A stretch of DNA of 64,000 bases from Klebsormidium nitens (taxonomy: Eukaryota > Plantae > Klebsormidiophyceae), in NCBI GenBank assembly GCA_000708835.1, contig DF237293.1, positions 1 through 64,000 of the forward strand, read 5' to 3'. Under the pieces are notes generated by a model. The model was not told where the DNA came from. It did not search any database and was given only the letters and a program-made list of their open reading frames with translations. Numbering within the stretch: position 1 is the stretch's first letter; each line of letters starts with the position of its first letter. This document shows positions 45,024 through 60,300 of this stretch, in pieces. The translations under genes were made by a program, and so were the position numbers.

Positions 45024-47778
45024 CCTCGACCCAGCGCGAGCGGCGGCGCGCTTTCACAACTCCGCGAGCTCTGCACGCATGTCTGCAGGAAAAAGAGAGT
45101 GCCTAATGTCAATGACTTCAACAGATTGCCAGTCTTATCTGCTTGTCCAAATTTCATGAAGCTACCGTTTGCTATATGGGCGCGCGTTTCCAGGGGTCGT
45201 CACTTACGAAAGGGCAAGTGCTTAGACAAGATTTCTCATCGGTGTGAATTGTCTGAACACTACTTCTTGGCCAGAGTACCCAAAATACCCTCTTCCAAAA
45301 ACGCCTGCGTCGGTTCTGAGCGTGAATCGTACCAATCTATTCACAAGTCAGGCAAAGTCTGCGAAATCCGGGGGATATAAATATGCAGACATTGTTTGCT
45401 TTGCATTGTATGATGGACACAACGTTGCTTCCACCGATCATAATCTAACGTAAGAGGCTACGGTCAAAAACTTTGCCGGGCAAAACGATGGATCGCAGCT
45501 GATGAATGGATAATAGCAGGAAGGCAGGACTGAATGAGAACCTTGAACAAATTCAACGTGCACTCCAGGGGTAAGAGGGACCACATTGCTGGCAAACGAG
45601 GGCCCCCTTTCGATCGTGTATATACTTTGAGAAGCATGCTTCGTAGCATAAAATTAATAACCCTGATGACAATCAGTTCGAAAAGCAAGAGCTTGCTGTC
45701 CAGGTCCCCAACAGCCAGCATTGAAAAACCTCCGAAGCTGCAAGTCATTTGATTGCATGTAAGGGCTTGTTCTAAATACTCACTCTTCTACATCCGCTTT
45801 GCGCTTGCGGGTTTTCCCCATGCTCCACACCGGAAATGGGGTCTCACTTGGCCCCGCTGGTCAAACGCCAAAGCAGGTGACAGCTGGCACCTCCCCAGGA
45901 TCGCCATAGGAGGCGCAGGCATAACGACGAAATGCGACAATGCACACCCGCATCTCAATGTAGTCTACGCAGTTGAACAAGTGTCCCGCGACTCATGGTG
46001 TTCGTGACACTCGGGCTGTTCGTCAAACGGCGATTTAAAGCACGCTGCGCTTGCCTGGGGCGCGCTCGCGGCCGCGGCCACCGGACGACGAGAGCGCCCT
46101 GCCACCCGAAATCATACAGAATTCCCGCTCTTCAATACTGCGCGTCTCTGTGTCCAATAGGACCGCAACGGATGATCCACATCCGTATCTCTAAGGTGAA
46201 CGTCTCCGTCCTCCTAAACCAAACGGCAGATTCATTGAAAGTGACCCATTATGCATTGGCCTACCTAAACTGTAGATTGCAGAAAGTGCGCGCGCGGCAG
46301 CCGTGCTCAATTGCGGGCGGCCGCGCTGCCCCCTTAGCTACCTGGTTTTCGGTTGAACTCATGCCTGGGTTACCGTCCAGGCGGCCACGGAGTTAACTTG
46401 GACGAGGTCCTCTCTTCGTTATTTCTTCTCAGAAACTGGGATCTTTTTGAAACAAGAAGGTCCATTTGCACAGGCACCAGGCCAGCTCCGCAGATAGAAA
46501 GAGACGTGTGCCTGCGAGTTGGGGATACACTGCACAAGGCGGAGGCAAAATCAGCGGTGAGCGGAATTCACCAAAACTTCTTTGACTCATTACTGCGCAG
46601 CATTCTGTTCTGCGTGCTTTGTCTCCTGGAGTGACTGAGATTCTCGTGCAAGTTTGAACAAACGCTACGAACGAACTTTGTGAATCCTTGAAGAAGGGTT
46701 GATATTTTTGCTCGCTCCCTCCAAGTTAGACAAAAAACCCGGCGAAATCGGAACATAGCACTGGCACCAAAAGCTGTATCAATTGAGGTGCATTTTGTTC
46801 AGAGTCGAGCCTGAGATGTCATGGAAGTTGCTTTCAGCTTATAAAGATTCGATTCTGAGGTCGAAATATCATTGCCCTTTGAGATTCTGAATCCTCCCTC
46901 GTGCCGAACTTGTTTCTCCCTCTTTTTCTTCAGAGAAATTTGGAAGCAATATTCAGACCCTTTTTTTGTGGCAATTGAAGGGCCTACAACCTTTCTCAAT
47001 TCTGTAGAGAGTAGTAGCGTGCCGTCTTCAAGCTGTTGCAGCACCATGAACGGGCGCAGCGTGTATGTGATGAGAAGGGCGTAGATGCAGACTTGCCTTT
47101 CAAAGCATGCCTTTCAAACGCGATCCTCGGAGTCCTTGCTTAGTGAAATTGTAGGATTGAAGAAGAAACTTACGTCCTGTCAGAAGGCCCCCTTCTATCA
47201 CAGGGAGACTTGGCAGTCGATCAAGCTTGGATTTCGCTGATTACACGGTCTTCTACCAATATTTCTCAACAGCTGTTCCAAGGGCAGTCTTCTACAGATG
47301 GTAACTGTAGGAGCGAGGATTCCTCGTGAGATAGGGAACGCCCCTTCTGCTCATAGGCGAGACTGGTTGCAGGTCCAGAAATGCAACGACTTTAGGGCGA
47401 CTCGAGAGACCCGACAGCAAAAGCCCTGGTGGATTCCAGGAATCAGGCGGCTCTTGAGAAGGGTCTGTACATGTTATGCACTCCAACGCTAGCCGCTTGT
47501 TCTCTAGAGTCACATTTAGAAACGGTTACATGCTCGTGCAACTCGACTGAGACTATTTCATTTCTGTATGCAGGTACTCGTCGGCTTCGAATCGCTAGGG
47601 GAAGTCAGAAAGACTCAGAAATCATTGGTTTGTGAAAGTTTGTAGTTTTTCGGATAGCTTCTGATTAGAAGTTTTGTGAAGCACTTGACTTTTGCAGTAG
47701 CAGATTCTCCAGACCCTCTCCTACTCTTTTCATAGCCCTCTCCTAGCCCTCTGCCAGCAAAAGACCGGGCTACCAAGA

Positions 47779-48777
47779 ATGGGGTGCTGCTTCGGCGTTT
47801 CCTGGAAGGAGGCAATGGGTTGGAGACTGAAATTGCCTGCTCTTAGGCTCGCTCTTCCGGGGCAGCTTCTAACGGGGTTTACGCTTAGCACGCAACCACC
47901 CGCTTCCGCATTCAAGGCGCATGACTGGTCGAACTCTGCTATCGAGGAAGAAAGCGGAAACAGACGACTTGCCGGGTTTGTGCAATCTTTGGAAGCGCTG
48001 AAGCGTCAGCCAAAGCGGCGTCTTTGTGTTAGACAGGAAGCCGTTCTGCACGACGCGCGCGGTCGCGCGCGCGAGGCGTCGGAGGCGGCGCTCCCGGGTT
48101 TGCGAAAGCGGTTTGCGAGACTAGGATTGGGGGGAAATGCGCTCGCGCGGGTGTTGGAGTACGTCCAAGAAAGTGCGCCGATCGTCATTCACTTTGACCC
48201 GCGGCAGCCGTTTAGAAACTTTTCCACAGTCCTAGAAGTGTTCCTTTCGGACACAGAGTACCGGAACCAATTCGAAACGAACATATCGAAGGGCCATCTC
48301 GGGCCTTCTCGTGACACGTGGGAGCGAACCCTCTTCAGGGGAGTGTACCATCGGGGGGATCCCCCGAGCCCCGAAGTGCGCACAAAGTATGGCGCGCTCA
48401 ACCTGTTCCAGCAGCCCGAGGGATGCGCCCCAGCAGGCTACGGGTCCTGTTACTTTACGCTCTGTTCGGGAGTCCGTAAACGGGTCACGTTCACGTGGGG
48501 AGACTCGTCTACCGACGCTGCACAGACGCCTGCCACGTGTCAGCATTTCGCCCACGTGCTGCAGAAGTTTTCTGATGCGGACGTCCGCAGCCTGGTCAAG
48601 CGGGGGCCGCGGACAAACGGGGAAGCGTTTCTCGTGGAAGCGCAGATACACGGACCCATCGACTTCCGCTGCGACGTCAAGGGAGTCCGGTACGCGAGCG
48701 CGGAATCCGCGGACGTCCGGAAGCAGTTGGAGGAGTGGGCGGACAAGAATTGGTTTGCCGCCTGTGTCTACGATTGA
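47779..48777 (+). CDS. Intronless DUF3626-like protein, 332 aa, with MGCC N-terminus
   Basis: Intact ORF with PIVIHF, YRNQFET..S.G, R..WER.LF, KYGALN, YG.CYF.L, R.TFT.GDS and VEAQIHGPI motifs that I recognise as DUF3626-like. Confidence 0.8.
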   Translation: MGCCFGVSWKEAMGWRLKLPALRLALPGQLLTGFTLSTQPPASAFKAHDWSNSAIEEESGNRRLAGFVQSLEALKRQPKRRLCVRQEAVLHDARGRAREASEAALPGLRKRFARLGLGGNALARVLEYVQESAPIVIHFDPRQPFRNFSTVLEVFLSDTEYRNQFETNISKGHLGPSRDTWERTLFRGVYHRGDPPSPEVRTKYGALNLFQQPEGCAPAGYGSCYFTLCSGVRKRVTFTWGDSSTDAAQTPATCQHFAHVLQKFSDADVRSLVKRGPRTNGEAFLVEAQIHGPIDFRCDVKGVRYASAESADVRKQLEEWADKNWFAACVYD

Positions 48778-51300
48778 GTCGACGTTGGTCAAAGGGCTGC
48801 CTAGCAGTCTCATCTTGAAAAGAGTGATTATTTGAACCGCAAATGTGCAGGATGTGGTTTGGTATAGCTGTCCAGAGGACGAGGCCGACTAGAAACGCGG
48901 AGTCATTTTGCACTTCGAGTTTTTGAGCCTTTCCTATCTTCTCTTTGCTTGTGCTCCTTGTTCAAATCTCTCTGAGAACTCTCGCAAGAGGTGCAGAGCA
49001 AGGAGCGTGATCGTGATGTTACATGTTGACATAAAATCCCCTACGGGGCAATCATTTACAAGTTTACCGACACAACAGATGCGAGTATCAACATCGAGCA
49101 GAGGGCTAGTCTTGCACGTGTACACGTGACGTGAGCAAGTTGCGGCATCTAGACGCAACGCGTGTTGGTTGCAACAAGGCGTCCGTAGCATATTGCACAA
49201 CTGGTGTATCATGCAGCAACCGAACGATGATCTCGTCAACGTCTGCAGTTTACCGACCAAAAGAACTATTAATCCTTCGCTCCTGTGGTAAGGACTTTAG
49301 TACGTCCCCATGGCTGGTTAATAATGTGGCATCGGATGAGCGAGCTGACCATGCACTAACGAAGGACGGAGTTCTGATCTTCTGTCGCCGCAAGGGGCGC
49401 TCTAGCTAAGAAAGCCCTCTGGGCTCTGATTGTGTCGCTTGATTTATCATTCGCGAATCTATTGTACCCGCATTCTAAAACAGAGTTGAATGTTGCAATT
49501 GTCTCGAGCCTGAGATGTATCGACCTCCGTTCCTGCAGACTCGGAAATGATGGTCGATCGATAAGATGATGTCACTCCGTCGGAGCGCGCGATGCCCATG
49601 ACATCCATGATCCGGCCGCCTGTCTGATGCATAAGGTCTTCACAAGGCAGGCTTTAGCGCTAGGCCAATTGGTCGTGCCAGAGCTCAATGATATTCCAAT
49701 TGATATCATGGTAAACTTACGATCCAATTCTAGCTAGTGAATTGGAGATTGAGCTATAGCTCAGCCCAGCCTGTCACGAAAATGCGGCCCGCGCATGCAG
49801 AGTCGACGTTGAGCTAACATGCATCGCGTTCAAACAAGTACACGATCATGTGCGCGGCTATAATTGTTTTAGCACATGTGCGGTCACTGCCGCCCAATTT
49901 GACGGATGCAAGCTGCGCGCGGCTGGCCGGCCGCGCCCTAGCGCAGGCCGCCTGCAGTGCGGCATGATGCCAACTCAAGCAGCCGTGCTATGAACAGCTG
50001 GCATCGCAAGTGACAATCGACATCCAACGAAACAAATCATTAGCTAGCTTAGTTTCGCACCATTGAACCTGAGACGGTAGCCGGCCACATGCATGCCATG
50101 TAACAATTCATTCACAGACCCAGCGCCGGGAACAAACATACGACAAGGAAGTTCCATTAAGTGATTTTCAATCATGATGATGAAGTGGGGGGCAACTCTC
50201 TTTAAGACGCGCTGCGAATATGAGCTGAGCCTCGAATTAATAAACACTTTCGGCCGTCCAACCTGGCTCTCTTGCGCCATCTTTGGAAAGGCAGAAACCA
50301 AAATGCAGGTTGAATCTAGAAACTCGATCCTCTTGACTCGTTCAAAGATATGGGAGCACCACTGCGCTGCTGACACGGAGTGTGCTGGTTTTGCAGCGAC
50401 CCTAGGCAGCTCGAGCTCCCAACAGCCCACGTACACAGAATTCGTGACTTGATGAAGTGGCCGCCCATCGAAGTAACAGGTCGAGAAGATAACTTGCAAA
50501 ACCTGCAAGTGGGAAACATGATTTGCACTAGCACTAAAGTCCACTTATCAGGCGTCGTGTCGAGAGAAAAATGCAAGGTTTGGACAGTGCACATCTTTCT
50601 CGGATTTCGAAGAAACGGACTGTTCACGGCTTATTAGGAAAACCACCAGAAACTTCCCAAAGGCCATCCAATAGCGCGCTTGATGGGCAACGCCTCGAAA
50701 CGTCATCCGACGGAATGACTTCAACAATTGAACTAATGTCAAAAGCATAGCAGTCAACCCTGACTCAAGAGAGCCTCACGTTGACTTGGTCCCGATAAGA
50801 ACGGGCCCAGATTATGTGTAGAGCGTCCTTTGAAAAGATCAAGAAGCTCACTTGGTAAATGCGTCCGTCACAATCAACATGCGATATGAATCAAAGAGGT
50901 TCGAAGTGCAACCCAGATAAAAAGGAGGGAGAAGTGTTCAGAGTCCTTACAACAAAACGGCCCTTTCTTCGATCCCGCTTTCGGAACATTGAAGCACACC
51001 GTTCTTACACAGCGGGCTAAGCACAAGAAATTTTGCTAGCAACGGAAAGTTTCTGACGACCTTTGAACGTGAACGGAAAGCCTGTCCTATCTTCCCTGTT
51101 CCTTTTCTGAAGCTATCACTGACAAAAGCCTGATCAATCGCGTCGCCTGTGCGTGTGAGCACAGATCCTAACACGTCGATTAAGCGCACTAGAAAGAGTA
51201 ACGCTGACCTTTCCCCCTGGTCAGATCGCACCGGAGTATTCACCGGATCCCAAAGGACCTTGCTGTGCGGAATACGGATGTCAATAAACGGGTGCGTACC

Positions 51301-53244
<1,944 letters not shown>

Positions 53245-53441
53245 TCAGCGATACGTCCCACTCGAAGGCTGATAGTGGCACAACTGCAAAGAACCAGTTC
53301 TCCAAATCAGTGCCGTTAGCAAAGGAGCGCCCTGATACGAGCTAGAAAATTGCAAACTTTGAAACTAGGGTTCAGGACTGATCACTGGAGCCTAGAAACT
53401 CTTCTTAAGAGCAGGCTCTCGCCTTTGTAAGGACTTGAGAG

Positions 53442-53450
53442 AAACCCTAA
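53442..53450. promoter_or_regulatory. Telo-box-like motif AAACCCTAA upstream of DDX41
   Basis: AAACCCTAA lies about 220 bp upstream of the DDX41 ATG. Telo-boxes are known in promoters of plant RNA-processing and translation genes; function here is untested. Confidence 0.4.
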
Positions 53451-54279
53451 AAAGCTTCAGCGTCGCAAAGTTTGAATGCGACAGCGTAATAAAAGTTCTC
53501 GTCTTCTAGTCTCCAAATCTTCATCAAAAATGTCAATCACCTCGAAAGTTCCCAGATATCCTGTCAACTCCACTGGAAAAGACAATATGCTCGTCCGTCA
53601 CGTGGAGAGGCAATCCAAGTCCAACCACCATTAGTACGGAGGCAGCTGGAAACAAGTCAATCCACGAACTTCACAAAGCAACTGCGCGAAGCAGCAATAA
53701 GGTGGCGGAGCTGCTGGCAAGTACACCTCAGCTATCCATGCTGCCGCAGATTGCAGATTTCAGAGAAGACTATTAATTACGACTCCCGACCCGCCTCCAA
53801 TGAATGACTCACCTGAAAATGAGCAGCCGTCTTCACGTTGTCAGAGATTCAAACTTGAGAGCACCCTTCTCTTTGCTTCACGCCCTTCTTCACGAGTTTG
53901 CGCAACAATGACATTGATGGTTCCTTTTGCTTGTCTACTGCCTGGCAGCTTGCCAACGGTGACTCCCAACCATTGGCATCATTGCTGTCCCCGCTCACGG
54001 CAAGATTGGAAAAAACCAAAGAGAATTCTTTGACACCAACACAAGGCAACTCGGAAAACATTTTGTATAGAAGGTCCCTGACGTCACACCTCATGCCAGG
54101 CTCAAGGGTCCAATAAATAAAAAATGGTCTTCAAGAAATGACTGGAAGCCTCCATACGGGGAGGATTTGCCTATAACTCCTAAAAGAGTAGTAGGCTTAG
54201 AAGTTAGAACTGAACCTTCGTCCTGGGTTCCTCGCGGGATAGTAGGACACCGAGTCACGATACCGCTGTCACTTTAGGG

Positions 54280-54286
54280 TATAAAA
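54280..54286 (+). promoter_or_regulatory. Candidate TATA box (TATAAAA), possibly for the Sec14 gene via a long 5'UTR intron
   Basis: TATAAAA is preceded by TTTAGGG and followed by a pyrimidine-rich stretch. The Sec14 ATG exon starts right after an acceptor (CAG 57377-57379), which implies an upstream non-coding exon. Confidence 0.3.
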
Positions 54287-54900
54287 GCGGACATCTCCAG
54301 GCTCCGACCTTATTTCTTCTTCCCAACTTTCCGCGCTCCAGGGTTGACGGGCAGGGTCGATGAGGTGACGTCAGAAACTTGCTGACGTAGTATTAACAGG
54401 GTATTTTAATATTGGGCAGTGTGTTCCATCAGCTAGGATTTATCATTTGGGTCTTACGAAATCCGTATTTCGATCTGCTGCGTGCAAAAAATCCACCGGG
54501 CTCTCTTTCGTTATGGAACAAACCTCAACTTCCGGATCAACGTTAACCTAGCCTCTGGCCCCGGAGATCGGCCAGAAGGATGACCCAGTTGATGACCCAG
54601 TTGATGACCCCGTGTCGCAAAACGGGCAAAGAAGACATTTGTAAAAGTGTTCACATGCACTGTTCCACCAAGAGCTTGCGTCACTGCGGTGTACGCGCAC
54701 GATATCGCTGGAGTATGATCAGTCCGGTACAGCCTCAGAGTAGCCTCCCGGTGGAAGCTTGACACAGGTGGTTTCAACAGCACAGTCCAGGTTTTGCAGG
54801 GTTACGCTGTCAAACCAGTGAGGTTTATGGCGGGCCTTGGCCCCTTTAACCACCCTGAGACTCAAGGGCTTGTTGTATGAGGTACCCGTACTACGGTTAA

Positions 54901-55353
54901 GGTAGAAGTATGGCAATCAACCGCCTGCAGAACCCTAGGTCACATTTCAGGTCACGAAGGGCCCGAGACTTAACCAAATTGAGTCGAGTTTTTTGCATTG
55001 GGTTCGAGGCCCCCAGGGGGGTCCTAGGACCCGGTTCTCGAGGTGTTTCGACCCCTCGAGCCACCCCTACCAACCGGGGACTCTTGGCTCTCTCAGAACT
55101 GGGGGGGGTCATCTTTAATTTTTCGTAGATCTCAAATGGCTGTATAAATGATGGCGGAAAGGCGCTTGGACGACCTCGGCCCATGCAGGGATATCGCACA
55201 TTTTCGGGGGGGACGAACTGTAGAAGACAATTGGGGTTTCCAGTCACCCGTCTGAACAAAACCCACAAAAAACAAAAAACAGGGGTCTGAGGCCTTTCGT
55301 GACCCGAAACGTGACCTAGGGTTCTGCAGGCGGTTGAATGCCATACTTCTACC
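54901..55353. mobile_element. 453-bp MITE with ~70-bp terminal inverted repeats, flanked by TTAA
   Basis: GGTAGAAGTATGGCAATCAACCGCCTGCAGAACCCTAGGTCAC...AGAC (54901-54969) is the near-perfect reverse complement of 55285-55353. TTAA occurs at 54897-54900 and 55354-55357. Confidence 0.9.
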
Positions 55354-57383
55354 TTAATGCATATTGTTTTGAGGGTTTCATTTGCCGGTTGGATTCCCCG
55401 GGACACTGTGTAGTACCCGGTCGGTCAAGCTGTGCGGTAGTATGTGATAAGGCCGCAAATCAGGCTGACGTTGTAGTGTCCGGGGTGTCACCAGATTCTA
55501 CGCGCGTCGCGCATCAACAATATCGTACGGCGTGCGATGCCGGCCTTGGTAACACTTCTGCGTTAACACTTTTACAACTGTCTACTATGGACTACTTGCG
55601 ACTACTTGCGTCCCCAGTGTCAAGCTGCCCAGTGCCCGGTGATTGTAACGGTCCCCGGCCCCGCCCGGGCTTGGATTCCCCATAATTGAAATTTGGAAAT
55701 CTGCAAAAGATCCGTGCTTGCAAAGAAGGATCCGCGCTATCCCTGTGCAGTCTGCTCGCGACTTGTGCTCGTCACAGCACAGCCTCAGGATCAGGGCCCA
55801 GGGGGCAATTCGAATGACATCATGTGGGCGATCAAAAGGGGCCATAAGGAAGCGGAGGTCCACCTGGAGGGCTGGCGTGATTGAGCAGGGCGGCAGGCCG
55901 CAGTCTGCCAACCCCCTGCCAACCCAGGGTCAGTGAAAGGAGTGGGGAGTTCACACTACCGCGGAGCATTGGTGAAGAGGGGTTTTTGAAAGTGATCGGA
56001 TCAGGGGTCAAGAGTAGTCGAAGGCGGGGTCAAGAAGTTGCATGCTGATCCTCAGAGGGTTTCTTCAAAAAGTCTGCCACAGTTGTTTCTAGCAACACTA
56101 CAAACAGGTATGTTAAAAACCCTAGCCCAACATTCTGGCATGACTGTTCTAGGCCCACAGGCCCTTTCGTGCATTTGAAGTAAAACTCACCGTGAGAATT
56201 GTTATGAGTTGGTCGATTTGTTAAGACATCTGAATTTAGTCTCTGTGCCTCAAGAAACACCCAGAGATATGGCAGGGCTGGCCAATAATCAGAAGGAGGG
56301 TCTTTTGCATGCAGATAGAGATCAGGCTTTGTTCTCTGAAGTAAGATGTTTGGCACAGTCCATGTGCGCCTACGATTGAGAGTTTGTCAGAGCATTTCAA
56401 GGATCTGTGTGAAAGTTGCAGGCGTGCACTTTACTTCTGCACTTGCACAAGCTGTTAGGACATCTTCTGTGGTTCGACTCTGGTTGTCTGTGCCTTGGTC
56501 AATCAGCTCTTAGACTATCCTTTTTGACCTTTGTTCAGGCCAAGGGATTGCTTGGGGAAGTGTGTTTACTTTGATCAGCCTGTATGAGGGGCCCCAATGT
56601 AACAATGTTGTCACATTCTTATCTTCGTTGGATCAGAGTCTCAACCATTTTTGCACCCTTTTGACAGCAGATCGCACAATGGAAGCATTAGAATGGTAGT
56701 TGTGATGTTGTTTGTTAGCGAAGAGCTCAGAAATGTTGGTATTCCGATGCGCATTGTGGCAGATTGTTTTTGCAGCGCAGCAAGTTTGTAGGCGTCTTTG
56801 CAGCAAACGGGTCATGTATTCCAATCTAGGAGCACTCCCCTTGCGCCTTCTTTTATCGCTGATTTGTCTCTGGAGGTGTTCTGAACATCAAATCAAAAGG
56901 GCAGGAGCATGAAAAAGTTTCATGGAACAAGTATCACTTTGACGTGTAGTCGTAGGCAAGTGGGTTGGCTTCAATCAGCTGAAGAAAGCCATTTGTCTGG
57001 ATGTTGACTACCAACGATGCATTGTGTTCACAAGACATCAGCCATCGGTAGCATCCTCACGAGTCAGCTTCGGGCATTCTTTTGAAATGGCCGCAAAAAG
57101 GATCTGCTCGCTGGATGAAGACATTTCTTGACTCCAGAGTGGACACACCAACAGCTGCCTAAGGCTGAAGGCCTATTCTGGTGTAGCCCCAGCAGTCAGT
57201 TGTATGGGCAAGCTTCAACCAAAGATCCTCATCTTGTGTGGGACCAATTGCGGCAGCTTGTTGTGATCAATGCCTAAAAGCGGGCAGCACTATGAGCTGC
57301 AACAGCAAAGTGATGCCCCGGAGTTACAGACGGATGGCGTTGATTGGCTGCTCTAAATTAGTTCTGTTGCTCCGCGCAGATCA

Positions 57384-60300
57384 ATGATGGGGCGGGACCG
57401 GGCCTCCAAGGATGAGGCGCGGCTTACGCGTGAAGATTCCAAGGCCACTAAAGATGAGGCGCGTGTATCGAAGGCAGCGTCAAAGCGCGAGGGCGAGCGG
57501 CTGCGGCGGCAGAGCAGTGACTTTGACAAGACGGATGACGAGGGGGGGCTGAAGAAGCACCGGTTCAAAAAGGCGATCGCGGCGACGGTAGGGGCGGCGC
57601 GAAAGCTGGGGAAGAAGAAGAGCAGGCGGGAGCGGCACAATGTGATCCACATTGAGGAGCCGCCCCTGTCGGAGCATGAGAAGCAGGAGGTGGGACTTAT
57701 GAAATTTTTTGAGATCCGTCTTGAGGAAGGCGTCTTTATATGCTGCCCTGCTTGAGAGATGGGCCGACCAGCTAGCTGAAGATTGCTTGCAATTGAAACA
57801 ACGGCTGGATGCTACCAGGTCGCTTGTTCTTGGTTCTTTCCTCGCAACCCACCTGTTAGTAGACTGCCCTGGGATCCAGCAATTAGCGATAGGTTCAGCA
57901 AGGGTGCCTGCAGTTTCTTAGCCATCTTTTGGTCAGGAGTTGGAGATGGAGTTGAAGGTTGTGCATTCCTGATTTCAAGCTACTTATTGTCGATCATGAG
58001 CCCACCACTGCGTTGCATATCATGCGTATCTGGGCAGAATCACGCCAGCAACAACCATTGCAGCCAGAAACAAATGTCCTGTCACACCTCATGCTTTGGA
58101 GTTCATTCGATAGGAAGATGAGAAGCTGGAGTTTGGCATGGTTAAGTTGGTTCACTCGCTCAGTCTATCAGCCACACAAAGGGGCACTTTGCTTGGATGA
58201 CGGTTTTGGTGGGTTCCAGAAAATTCTTTATATTCTGCAGAATCTCTGACCACCATGTTTTGGTCCAGAAATCTCAACAAGAGAGTCCAAAAATTTTGTC
58301 AATCTTTGGATCTCAATTGTAGTCACCAGGATCAGAAGAGGATGTATTCAGACGAGCACTCAAATCGGAGATTTATGTTGTACGGTGGTTCAAATTCCTG
58401 AGAGGGCTCTTTGGATCTATCTACGGGCGCTCGCCGCGGTATTGTATACATTCCAACCTACTGAGCCGCAAACAGACCCTTGTAGCTTGGTTTGATTTTG
58501 AGCATCCTTGTCCCGTTTCCATGCAGAATTGTGTCAATATTGAAATTCTGCCTCTCGCTACAGGTTAACCAGTTTCGCACCATGCTTCAAGAAGCAGAGC
58601 TGCTACCTGCTCGCCACGACGACTATCATACGCTCCTTAGGTGGGCATTTGCTACTCCAATGGAGTATCCAGATGTGGACCCCTTGGGGCCAAATGACTA
58701 CTTCGATCCATAAGCTTGCCCGTTTTCTAGGACGGTAACCAGCTCAGGTAGAAGCATTCTATTTCTGCTAAGGCTGCAGACTTGCTTTTTCTGATATAGC
58801 GGGTATCTCCCAATCCAAAAGTTTTTCCCCACTTGCATCTTGTAGAATAACGTCATCTCTGACTTGAACACTCTTCGAAACTTTGGTTCAGACTGTTCTT
58901 GAGCCCTCTCATGTCCAATTATTGGGTCCTGGCATTTGCTGTTGAGGCAGGCACATGCGTCAACAGATGTAGTTGTCTGTGAAAGAGGTAGGTTATTGAT
59001 CACTTACGTTGCTTTTCAGATTCATCCGCGCCCGGAAGCACGACCTAGCAGCTGCTAAAGAGATGTGGACCAAGTACATTGAGTGGAGGCGGGACTTTGG
59101 AACGGACACCATCGAGAAGGTCAGAATCCGATTTCGTTAGAAGATAGGTCCCTCTTTTAGTGGCGTCTTGCAGGATTGTTGCATAAAAAGCGAAAATACA
59201 GTGGCAGAGCGTTCAGGCGTAGTGACCAACTTTCGAAGCTCCAAGGCTCAGTGATTCGGAGCTCTTGAAGCTGAGAATTCAGGACTGATTTGCAGGCTCT
59301 GTACTTCAAGGCAGGTGACAAGAGGTCAAGAGCACCTAAGACCCAGAGGTTTTGTTTTGTGGAGGGGTGCTCGTCTCAAGCCTGAACCCAAGAGACGTGA
59401 GGCTTATCACTTAGTTCACTTATCACTTAAATCTGCAAAGCTTCGAATCAAGAGAGGAGCAGGTGATGCAATATGACTTGAAGGCCACCCACTAGATCTG
59501 GAAAACCGGTGCGCCTTGGTCAGACCTCCAAGATCCTTAGTTCACAGATCCCATGCTTTGTCGAGCTTTTCGAGCTTAAAATTCTGATACCATTTGCAGG
59601 ACTTCACGTTTGAAGAGGTGGAGCAGGTGAAGGAGCACTACCCGCAGGGACATCATGGCGTGGACCGCGAGGGGTGTCCCATCTACATCGAGCGGATTGG
59701 CAAGGTGGACGCACACAGGGTGGGTGCTCCCGCAGCAGAGCTTCAGCCACTTTTATTTCATCCGTTTTGAAGAGCGTCCCACCTCGGCGGAAGCTGATAT
59801 CAGGCCGTCCGAATGGATCCTTGCACTTGTAGGCTGCAGGTCGTAACCTACTGATGTGACACTTTTCAGAAGCGAAGAGTCTGTCGGCAACATCTCAGGG
59901 ATGCTGAGCCAGAATGATTGACAGAACAACTAATGATTAGCTACCGGCCACCTATCGACCAGCCATCCAAGATACGATCTGGTACGATTGTATGCAAGAA
60001 TCGTCCTGTGGCAGCAATCGGTGACACCAGTGGGAGTCCTCACACTGAATTTCTACTTGGCTAAGCGAGCTCTTGACAATGGTTCATCGCTGTCGTCGCA
60101 GGTGCTCAAGTACACGACCATCGAGCGCTACCTGAAGTACCACGTGAAGGAGTTCGAGCTCATGTTCAGCGTCAAGTTCCCCGCAGCGTCCATTGCGTGC
60201 GGGCGCCACGTCGAGACGAGCACGAGCATCATGGACGCCGAGGGAGTGGTGAGTTTCTCCCCAGTCCTAGTTTTTTGCTAGCCCCGTTGCAAAGACGCCA

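Noticed and set aside
50044-51243. Minus-strand ORFs and a GNAT-like stretch (GFASYLLDLLLRWAA) at about 50390-50510
   Set aside because: It could not be assembled into a spliced gene, and the similarity is too short to support a call.
59583-59592. TCTGATACCA, the reverse complement of an LTR-retrotransposon primer-binding site
   Set aside because: Only 10 nt, adjacent to a normal splice acceptor, with no LTR or gag/pol remnant nearby.
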